From: Cylindrospermopsis raciborskii Cr2010 | Lineage (GTDB): Bacteria > Cyanobacteriota > Cyanobacteriia > Cyanobacteriales > Nostocaceae | DNA length: 32,000 bases | Assembly (NCBI RefSeq): GCF_003367075.2 | Contig: NZ_CP065936.1 | Location: 3,000,001 to 3,032,000 of the forward strand | Direction of reading: 5' to 3' | Shown: piece by piece, positions 18,247 through 25,280 of the stretch | How the letters are laid out: every line of letters begins with the position of its first letter | How positions within the stretch are numbered: the first letter of the stretch is position 1 | Program-made: the position numbers and the translations under genes | The notes under the pieces: generated by a model | Told to the model about the DNA's origin: nothing | The model's database searches: none | The model's input: the letters and a program-made list of their open reading frames with translations, nothing else

Positions 18247-18878
18247 TGCCCAAAACAAATAGTTTTTGCATCGAGGTTTTAGTAGAAGAACCTTCTGCTG
18301 AAGAAGCCCTCAAAACCCTTTTGCCAAAATTACTCAAGGGGCGATCTCGCCATAAAATCATTAATTTTGGGAGTAAATCAAAACTACTTAAGTTACTGAG
18401 CCAACGTTTATCTGCCTATGGCGATCGCATCAGCAAAGGAGAAAACGTACGGATTATTGTATTAGTGGATCAAGACAATGATGATTGTAAGAAATTAAAA
18501 AATCAATTAGAGGGAATTGCTCAACAAACAGGATTATCCACCAAATCTAAACCAGATTCTGAAGGAAGATTTGTAGTTCTCAATCGGATTGTGATCAAAG
18601 AACTAGAATCTTGGTTTATTGGAGATACAGAGGCTTTGCGTAAAGCTTTCTCCAGCTTGCCGAGTATATCACCTAAATCAGGAATCTTTCGCAGTCCCGA
18701 TAATGGGGGTAGTTGGGAGGCTCTACATCGGTTCTTAAAAAAACATGGCATTTATAAAAACGGCTACCCCAAAATAGAAGCGGCCCGCCGCATTTCTCTC
18801 CATATGAACCCAGATCAAAATTACTCTCCAAGTTTTAACTGCTTTAAAGCTGGAATAGAAGCCTTCCTATCTCAATAA
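18246..18878 (+). CDS. DUF4276-like small protein with a Toprim-like catalytic residue pattern
   Basis: Start ATG overlaps the ATPase stop (TAATG). First strand IEVLVEEPSAEE (conserved Glu), VLVDQDNDD (DxD), KELESWF. 210 aa. The family assignment is from memory of the DUF4276 pattern and was not searched. Confidence 0.65.
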   Translation: MPKTNSFCIEVLVEEPSAEEALKTLLPKLLKGRSRHKIINFGSKSKLLKLLSQRLSAYGDRISKGENVRIIVLVDQDNDDCKKLKNQLEGIAQQTGLSTKSKPDSEGRFVVLNRIVIKELESWFIGDTEALRKAFSSLPSISPKSGIFRSPDNGGSWEALHRFLKKHGIYKNGYPKIEAARRISLHMNPDQNYSPSFNCFKAGIEAFLSQ

Positions 18879-19138
18879 ACTTTACATTCTGCGTCTTCTG
18901 TTTTGATATCTTCTCCTTTCTCACCAAATATTTTTATATTCTTTATCCGTGGACAATTCTCATAGAAATAAATCCGATCGCACAACACAATCTCCCCAAA
19001 GTTAGATACTGAAATTATGGCAGATTGATTTTTTTCCCCCTTGGGATAATAGGTATTATTTCATCAGAAAGATGGAAAATATTAAGTGCTGAGCAAAACT
19101 TAGGTTAGATTCAATAAACCTAACGAGGGCAAATTCCA

Positions 19139-20194
19139 ATGGTGGCGGTTTTAGATGACACTAAAAAGAATTCCATGGCGGTAAAACTGGGTGATATGAA
19201 ATTACTCCAACAGTTATTACTGGATAACGAGGAAAGATTTTTGCTGGAATGTACCGACGGCGAAATAGCAGGAATTATTCGCAGAATGCTAGATGATGAC
19301 CGGAAAAACCTAGCCCTTCTTAATACTGTGGTTGACCAATTTGGTCTGGAAAAAAATGCTGAACCCACGGTGCTGCAAATGGTTGAAAAGGTTCGTCAAC
19401 TAATGGCAAGTGAAGAACTCAGTTTCTTTGATAAGGTCTTTCAACATGAACTGTTAAAGCATCAACAGGTGATGAATGGAATAACAATTTATAAGGCTGC
19501 TCAGAAGGTTGGCGCTGATATCATGGTAGCAATTAGACCTTTAAGTGCCATTAATTCTGAAAATCGTACGCACCAAGAACAGTTGAAGGGAATTTTAGAA
19601 ATCCTCGGTGTCCGAGAACTAACAGGACAAGACGCAGACCAGGGTATCTGGTCTCGGGTTCAAGATGCAATCGCTGCAATTACTGGTGCGGTTGGTGGTG
19701 CCCCCGGTCATGAAAGGGAAAAAGCTACTATCCAAGATGCTATCCGCCAAGATCACAATCAGTTGAATATGTTGTTTACAGACTTAATGCAAAGCAATGA
19801 CTCCCAAAAAATTCAGGAATGTTTTGCAAAAATTAATCAGCTTCTCACTGTTCATATAGCCGCTGAAGAGGAAGTGGTTTATCCACGAGTCCGTGGGTTT
19901 TATGGGGAAGAAAATACTCAACAACTATACGACCAACACGCTCTTTGGATTCCCTGGTGGGAAGAACTGAGATTGATTAGTCCTAGCACACCAGAATTTA
20001 AAAATAGACTTAGAGAAATTTGGGACCATGTTACCAATCATATTCGCCAAGAAGAAAATACAATGCTTGTGGCTATTGACAATAATATGAGTAGTAAAGA
20101 AACTGAACAGTTAGCTGCAAGATTTGATTCGGTTAAGAGTCAACTTGAGAAAAGAAATACAGGTGCTTATTATAGCCTTAGACAAAACGTTTAA
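19139..20194 (+). CDS. Hemerythrin (HHE cation-binding) domain protein with an uncharacterised helical N-terminal half
   Basis: C-terminal half has IRQDHNQLNMLF...LTVHIAAEEEVVYP...HIRQEE, the H/E spacing of hemerythrin-like domains. Start uncertain (alternative Met 12 codons downstream of the annotated start). Confidence 0.65.
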   Translation: MVAVLDDTKKNSMAVKLGDMKLLQQLLLDNEERFLLECTDGEIAGIIRRMLDDDRKNLALLNTVVDQFGLEKNAEPTVLQMVEKVRQLMASEELSFFDKVFQHELLKHQQVMNGITIYKAAQKVGADIMVAIRPLSAINSENRTHQEQLKGILEILGVRELTGQDADQGIWSRVQDAIAAITGAVGGAPGHEREKATIQDAIRQDHNQLNMLFTDLMQSNDSQKIQECFAKINQLLTVHIAAEEEVVYPRVRGFYGEENTQQLYDQHALWIPWWEELRLISPSTPEFKNRLREIWDHVTNHIRQEENTMLVAIDNNMSSKETEQLAARFDSVKSQLEKRNTGAYYSLRQNV

Positions 20195-20261
20195 AACAGG
20201 GTTGATGGGCTGCTAGGCGTTCTGTCTACCTGGCTATAAGGCATAAAAAAACTAACAAATT

Positions 20262-20290
20262 AACCGTCCATCCACAACAGATGGACGGTT
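20262..20290. terminator. Strong hairpin between convergent genes (psbJ / hemerythrin gene)
   Basis: AACCGTCCATC (20262-20272) / GATGGACGGTT (20280-20290), perfect 11-bp stem, 7-nt loop. On the minus strand a T7 run follows ~10 nt after the stem. Confidence 0.55.
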
Positions 20291-20339
20291 TAATGTTGCT
20301 TATTCAGCTCATCAGACAAAAATGCGGATCAGGTTTTGA

Positions 20340-20459
20340 TTACAATGAAGAACCAAGTCCGGCGTAGGCTCCGTAAAAGAAAATACCTACAACAGTAATT
20401 ACACCTAAACCCGCGATTGTGGCAACAACCCACAGGGGAATTCTCCCGCCTCCAGACAT
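20340..20459 (-). CDS. psbJ: Photosystem II protein PsbJ
   Basis: Manual translation: [39 protein letters not shown] (39 aa); below the ORF-track cutoff. Confidence 0.9.
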   Translation of the reverse strand: MSGGGRIPLWVVATIAGLGVITVVGIFFYGAYAGLGSSL

Positions 20460-20522
20460 GGTTTTCTCCTCCCTTAACAAATCAACAAAAAATTAGCAGT
20501 CATCTTTCCAGCTCGTTAACAG

Positions 20523-20642
20523 TTAGTTAAAGAAGTAACTGGAAAATAGAATCCCTAGAACGAAAATTAATAACAGTCCTAGGTATAAAGAAGTACGGTT
20601 TAGTTCAACAGGTTGTTGATTAGGATTAGGCGTTCTTTCCAT
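20523..20642 (-). CDS. psbL: Photosystem II protein PsbL
   Basis: Manual translation: [39 protein letters not shown] (39 aa). Confidence 0.9.
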   Translation of the reverse strand: MERTPNPNQQPVELNRTSLYLGLLLIFVLGILFSSYFFN

Positions 20643-20651
20643 GATTTACTC

Positions 20652-20789
20652 CTAGCGTTGAATAAACTGCATTGCTGCGATCGCACCCAAGAAGAAGACA
20701 GTTGGCACACCGAGGGTGTGAACTGCTAGCCATCTCACCGTAAAAATTGGATAAGTAACAGGTTGATTGACGTTATTGCTGGTAGCCAT
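20652..20789 (-). CDS. psbF: Cytochrome b559 beta subunit
   Basis: Manual translation: [45 protein letters not shown] (45 aa). Confidence 0.95.
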   Translation of the reverse strand: MATSNNVNQPVTYPIFTVRWLAVHTLGVPTVFFLGAIAAMQFIQR

Positions 20790-20798
20790 GTTCTTAAA

Positions 20799-21047
20799 TT
20801 ACTTTGCGATAAATGTTTCTACTTGTTTCTTAGCTTCATAACGGTTGCTAACAATTGGTACTTCTTGACGCAGTTGAGTAAAATACTCATTAGGACGAGG
20901 CGTACCAAATATATCATAAGCTAGACCTGTGCTGACAAACAACCACCCAGCGACAAATAAAGCGGGTATGGTGATGCTATGAATTACCCAGTAACGAATA
21001 CTGGTTACAATGTCCGAAAATGGACGTTCTCCAGTGGTACCTGACAT
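20799..21047 (-). CDS. psbE: Cytochrome b559 alpha subunit
   Basis: [31 protein letters not shown]...; canonical PsbE and first gene of psbEFLJ. Confidence 0.95.
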   Translation of the reverse strand: MSGTTGERPFSDIVTSIRYWVIHSITIPALFVAGWLFVSTGLAYDIFGTPRPNEYFTQLRQEVPIVSNRYEAKKQVETFIAK

Positions 21048-21123
21048 TTAGACTACTACCTTTGCAAAAACTACTATTGATTCTATCAAAAAAAGGTCAT
21101 AGTCCCCATTATATTTAAAAGGG

Positions 21124-21142
21124 AGGTGCTATAAAAGCACCT
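21124..21142 (-). terminator. Possible terminator after cpcS exon 2
   Basis: Minus strand AGGTGCT TTTAT AGCACCT followed by CCCTTTT. A perfect TATAAT (21113-21108, minus) follows and could be the psbE -10 box. Confidence 0.35.
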
Positions 21143-21200
21143 TAGTGATTAAGCCTAAGTTTGGCTTGATGTTTTTATATCACTAACTATGAGCTAATCT

Positions 21201-21537
21201 TTACTTAGCTTTACTAGCTTGCTCCATAGCTGCTTGAGATGCAGCAGTGCTACCCATACGAATTTCGGAAGTAAAGGAAGCCATACTAAAACCCCCAAAA
21301 CGTTTAAGTACTCCCACACGCATCCGTAAATTAGGACTAGCAAACCATAGTCGTTCTTCTGAGGACATGGTTTCATACTCTGTGATCAGAGTTAATGCAC
21401 CATCGTTACCCATCTTATAGGTTCCAGCTACTGGCATTTTTTCTGCATAACCCATTTCCCTCAATAGTTTACCTTCACCTGGTTTAAGTAAGTCGGGTAC
21501 AGTGACTAAAACTGTAGAACCTTCATGTTTTGGTTGA
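21201..21537 (-). CDS. cpcS: CpcS/CpeS-type phycobiliprotein (phycocyanobilin) lyase, exon 2
   Basis: The frame is open upstream of the tracked ORF back to the intron. ...[95 protein letters not shown] matches the C-terminal two-thirds of CpcS. The exact 3' splice site is uncertain by multiples of 3 nt (21537 preferred, 21540 possible). Confidence 0.8.
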
Positions 21538-21574
21538 GTCGATGGAGGGTATTATCCTTCGCACCTCTCGTTTA

Positions 21575-21608
21575 AATCTGGGCGTGCGATTTTCACCGCA
21601 CCCAGCTT
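21575..21608 (-). ncRNA. Group II intron domain V
   Basis: AAGCUGGGUGCGGUGAAAAUCGCACGCCCAGAUU aligns position-for-position with the consensus GAGCCGUAUGCGAUGAAAGUCGCACGUACGGUUC: AGC triad, GAAA loop, AC bulge, 34 nt. Confidence 0.85.
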
Positions 21609-21617
21609 CCGATGTTC

Positions 21618-22718
21618 TTAGCTATAGCTTTTGCCTGGAGTGTTAGAAAGGGTAGAGTTTTGACCAGAGTTCACTCGTGGAAACGCCTTATTTATCAGTT
21701 GCTGAATGATTTGTCGGTTTTGTTTTGTTTCCCGATTAAACACCTTGAAAGCTCTGTATTTTATATGGTAGAGGGAAAATCTCGCCCCATCCATGTTGCA
21801 ATGGCGATGGTAATTTCTCCACTCCCCTACGATCAAGCTCAATTTCTGTGCCTTGATAGTAGCTCCATAATTCGAGTTGTTGACTATGTGTTTCACTTTC
21901 TGGCGAAAAGCTTGGAAGTCTTTTAGTCCGGGGACACATCTTAACTTTCCGTTTTTTTGCACTTGAAAATGCCAAGTGAGAAAATCAAACCCATCTGTCG
22001 CTGCAATTAGTTCAGTTTCTTCCGTAGCTAGTTCTATTCCATCTTTTGCCAGGGAGTGACGAATAGTGTCAAGTATTGTTTCTGGGTGATCCTGAGGTTG
22101 GAGGATAATCACTATTTCCCTCCCATACCAAACTAGTTTTCCTATATTTTCTATTTCCTTGAGGAAAATATTAGCCAGTAAGGAGGTTATCAGTTCCGAT
22201 TTCTCCACAGAAAGACATTGTGACCTAATCCCCCGTTTGATTTCTACAGGAGCTATTAGTCTTTTACAAATCGCTCTTGGGTTGATTTTTTCTAGAGATT
22301 TCCCCAAATCAATTTTGATTACTCTTGTTTGATGACCAGGAATTTCCGATAAATATACTTGTAACATTCTTTGTGCATCCTGGGGGGAAAATCCCCGTTT
22401 CCATCCATAACCGTGGAGGTGGAAATTACCTTCATGGGCTGGATCTAAGGTGTATTTAATTACCCACTGCCATACCCGCTGTCTAGTGGTGGAAGATAAA
22501 ACCTCTGTAAGAGAATTTGCTTGTAATACTTGACGAATAGCCAGTAATTGTGCTGACGTAGATTTTAAGATTAGCTTTTGAAGAGACTTAGCCTTGCGCA
22601 GGTCTCCAACTCGAACGGCTTTGTACACTCGTTTTTGCAAGCGGAAGAGATTGCGGCGAAATTGTCGCCAGGGTAACCTCTGCCAAGATTCACTAACATT
22701 TCTGTTGTGTCTAATCAT
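21618..22718 (-). CDS. Group II intron-encoded protein with a degenerate RT domain (maturase-only type)
   Basis: RT-0 block WQRLPWRQFRRNLFRLQKRVYKA...SLQKLILKS...AIRQV; SYGFRPGRS-like HGYGWKRGFS; ISPLLANI-like ITSLLANIFL; YADD position reads VWYGREIVII; GFDFLTWHF; domain X (WRNYHRHCN...). Only 366 aa, with no D/En domain. GGAG ~10 nt before the ATG. Confidence 0.85.
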   Translation of the reverse strand: MIRHNRNVSESWQRLPWRQFRRNLFRLQKRVYKAVRVGDLRKAKSLQKLILKSTSAQLLAIRQVLQANSLTEVLSSTTRQRVWQWVIKYTLDPAHEGNFHLHGYGWKRGFSPQDAQRMLQVYLSEIPGHQTRVIKIDLGKSLEKINPRAICKRLIAPVEIKRGIRSQCLSVEKSELITSLLANIFLKEIENIGKLVWYGREIVIILQPQDHPETILDTIRHSLAKDGIELATEETELIAATDGFDFLTWHFQVQKNGKLRCVPGLKDFQAFRQKVKHIVNNSNYGATIKAQKLSLIVGEWRNYHRHCNMDGARFSLYHIKYRAFKVFNRETKQNRQIIQQLINKAFPRVNSGQNSTLSNTPGKSYS

Positions 22719-23275
22719 ACTTTAACTCCAACTTGTGTATTCTGAACACCTCCGACCAATTACGGTCAGTCCTACCCGAAGTGAGGGAATTTTGCTTCTC
22801 GTCAAGCCTACTTGGGTTTTGACCTTCCCTAGACCCTCAATTCGTTTTTATTCGTTCCCCCGGTTAGATTGTTAGTTTCCTTAGGTGTAGTCAATTCAAC
22901 TACTGGTTTCCCAAGACTCTTACCGCTAATCCAAGAAAATGCGGCGGGAAATATATCCAGTCCAGTCGGGTTTTAATGTTGTGTCCCGCTTATGGGTAAG
23001 TTGCTTTTTTAGACTCTATTTCACCGTAGAAACACCCCATTAGCACCAGTGTCATCCCACAACGGATGTCTGATTGCACCCTGTTCCCAGCTTCACCCTC
23101 CAGTTACCGAGTCTGGTCAGTGTGGGCAGATCGGGAGTCACACCTGAGTCTGGCGGATGGGACTTTCACCCATATCCAACTGAGAGTTCAACCTTCATCT
23201 ACTTGTTTATTACTAGTTGAGGTTGGTGAGGTTATTACGGATTAGTTACCGATGTTGACCCACAACGAATCGCAC

Positions 23276-23511
23276 TCTTGGTCCCATTCCATGGTTCCTT
23301 TCCAGGTGACTCTTGCTCCACAGGAAGCTGCATCGGGAAGAATGGAATACTGTTCACACAGTTTAATTACTTCTGGATGGTCTACTGTGAGCATGTCAAT
23401 TACGATGTCTGATTTACCATCTTCTGACTGTTTAAAGGCTAAATGGTGGCTAGTACGGTGGGAAAACCACTTTCCAGCACTTAATTCGAAAAACTCTTCC
23501 ACATTCATCAA
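23276..23511 (-). CDS. cpcS: CpcS/CpeS-type phycobiliprotein lyase, exon 1
   Basis: [78 protein letters not shown] is the conserved CpcS N-terminus. The tracked ORF reads on into the intron (from the GAG codon completed by the first G of GTGCG) and stops 11 codons after that split codon. Confidence 0.85.
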
Positions 23512-23699
23512 TCTAATTGTCCTAAAGGAAAATAGCTACTAAAGAAAATATACTCAAAAATACGGTTGCTTGACTGGATTTATCTCAAAATGAAATATGT
23601 CACCATGAGTTGGCCCAAATTTCAAACTCCACTTCACAAACAAAGGAAGGATAGCAGTGGTCAGCACAAATCAACTTGATCCATTTTTCCACAAGTCCC

Positions 23700-24374
23700 T
23701 TAGACCTCGGTCTGGACTTTCTTCAGAGATATGGTCGCAGCTTGAGAAACATGGGGATGACTATCCTTTTCCAAGTATTTTAGAGCTGAAATACTTTTGT
23801 CCGTGGGTAGGTTGCCTAGGGCTTCTGCTAGTCGCTGTCTGACTAACCAATCTTCTGACTGTACAAATCGCAAAATATGATCTACTGACTCAATTGATTT
23901 AATTTCTCCTAAAGCTGAAATCGCTGCTTGCTGAATTACTATCTCCTCACTATCCAAAGCTTGAATTAAAATATTATATGCACGCTTATCTTTGATATTA
24001 CCTAAGGCTACTGCTGCACTAAACCTAACTAACCATTCTGTATCTTCGTAGAAAGCTCTTGATAAAGGTTCTACTGCTCTATTATCTCCTAAATATCCTA
24101 GAGCCCCAGCTGCATCCGCACGAATCCCATAGTCGGGATCAGCTTCTAGAATTCTCACTAGAATAGAATAACATTCTGAAGTTGATTTAATTCCCAATGC
24201 AAACACTGCCATAGAGCGTAGCTGTATGGATTCGTCATTAAGAACTTTTTTGATTAGGGGAACTGCATCCTCCGCAGGAACATTCCGTAATTGTGTTAGA
24301 GCTATCATGCGATCGCGCAAGTTCGGACTTGCTAACTGGGTGGAGATTTCCTCTAAGCTGGGAATATTCATCAT
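23700..24374 (-). CDS. HEAT-repeat protein of the PBS-lyase (CpcE/NblB-like) family
   Basis: Repeated ...VR..AA.ALG... HEAT units (IRADAAGALGYLGD, VRFSAAVALGNIKD, QQAAISALGEIK, VRQRLAEALGNL). Length (~224 aa) and layout are like NblB. Lies directly upstream of, and co-directional with, cpcS. Confidence 0.65.
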   Translation of the reverse strand: MMNIPSLEEISTQLASPNLRDRMIALTQLRNVPAEDAVPLIKKVLNDESIQLRSMAVFALGIKSTSECYSILVRILEADPDYGIRADAAGALGYLGDNRAVEPLSRAFYEDTEWLVRFSAAVALGNIKDKRAYNILIQALDSEEIVIQQAAISALGEIKSIESVDHILRFVQSEDWLVRQRLAEALGNLPTDKSISALKYLEKDSHPHVSQAATISLKKVQTEV

Positions 24375-24431
24375 TACATCACTTTTCCATTAATATCTAT
24401 TCTAGTCTGATTTGAGCTGGGGGGACATGCT

Positions 24432-25121
24432 TTATTTTAAACTGGGTGGCAAGAGCAAGCTGTCAATTTGATGAATCACACCATTGCTGGCACTAATATC
24501 TGGTTTGGTGATTTTGGCAGTAGTACCTTTAGATTGACCATCACTTACGTATACACTTTTATTTTTAATTTTGACTTGAATTGGTTCTCCTTGTAAGCTT
24601 TTAATTGGGCCCGATTTTAATTCCTCAGATCTGATTCTTCCCACCACCAGATGGTATTTTAATATGTCTACTAAAACTTGTTTATTTTTGGGTCTAAACA
24701 AATTCCGTAGCTCCCTTCTGGGAACTTTAGCAAACGCTTCATCTGTGGGAGCGAAGATGGTGAATTGTTCACCCTCTTCTAGGGTTTTTACTAGTCCTCC
24801 CGCTTCTAAGGACCTAATCAGGGTTTTAAAATTACCTGTGGACTTGGCTACCTCAATGAGATTTTTTGCCTCAGTATCTTCCGGTATAAATATTGGTAGT
24901 TCCGGCGGTTTTGGATCCGGACTGGTAGTGGGTTGGTTGGGGGTTGGTGGGGTAGTTATTGCAGGATTGGATTGAACTATCTCCACTTTACTCCCCAGAG
25001 ATGGTAAATCCATGCCCAAACCGATACTGGTTAATCCCACAATCCCCAGGAACCCGGTGAATACTTTGACTTGACCAAATCTCCAACTGTTTCTCAAATT
25101 AGCTCTCAGTTTAAATTTCAT
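24432..25121 (-). CDS. Fasciclin (FAS1) domain protein with signal/anchor and a Pro/Thr-rich linker
   Basis: FTIFAPTDEAFAKVP, ILKYHLV, NGVIHQIDSLLLP are hallmark FAS1 motifs. Confidence 0.85.
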   Translation of the reverse strand: MKFKLRANLRNSWRFGQVKVFTGFLGIVGLTSIGLGMDLPSLGSKVEIVQSNPAITTPPTPNQPTTSPDPKPPELPIFIPEDTEAKNLIEVAKSTGNFKTLIRSLEAGGLVKTLEEGEQFTIFAPTDEAFAKVPRRELRNLFRPKNKQVLVDILKYHLVVGRIRSEELKSGPIKSLQGEPIQVKIKNKSVYVSDGQSKGTTAKITKPDISASNGVIHQIDSLLLPPSLK

Positions 25122-25280
25122 AGATTTTGTTTGTTAGTATTTTTTGCCGTTAATTAGTTGACCGTGTCATATCTTATGAGACCATGGGAAGAAAAATATT
25201 TATTTCTATCCCAGGTGTTAACGATAGGAGTATATAATGGAGGATATATACAAATCAAGAAGTTTATCAGTTAAGAAAAT

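Larger units (their letters stand above)
21538..23275 (-). mobile_element. Group II intron (with ORF in domain IV) interrupting cpcS
   Basis: 5' end GUGCGA at 23275-23270 (minus); ~560 nt of 5' structured RNA; IEP ORF; canonical 34-nt domain V; domain VI hairpin with a bulged A (21543); 3' end ...GAC. UCUUGG in domain I is complementary to the last 6 nt of exon 1 (CCAAGA). Confidence 0.85.

Noticed and set aside
17052-18361. Several minus- and plus-frame ORFs (17052-17300, 17643-17834, 17887-18171, 17942-18184, 18161-18361) inside the ATPase gene, and 18521-18751 in the DUF4276-like gene
   Set aside because: They overlap an ORF with clear Walker A/B and H-loop motifs. They are Arg/Ser-rich shadow translations.
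21540-21540. Alternative 3' splice site giving ...WDQE-TQPKHEG... (exon 2 starting at 21540)
   Set aside because: It is in frame. However, it would make the intron end in ...CAUC with the bulged A only 3 nt from the junction. Ending at ...GAC (exon 2 from 21537) gives the AY terminus and a more normal branch-point distance. cDNA is still needed to decide.
21612-21975. ORFs 21612-21926 (+) and 21736-21975 (-) within the intron ORF region; also 21194-21376 (-) within cpcS exon 2
   Set aside because: These are alternative frames or shadows of the IEP and cpcS reading frames, which both have clear homology.
23252-23542. 96-aa plus-strand ORF opposite cpcS exon 1, and 23657-23842 (+) opposite the HEAT-repeat gene
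   Set aside because: These are antisense shadows of recognisable genes.
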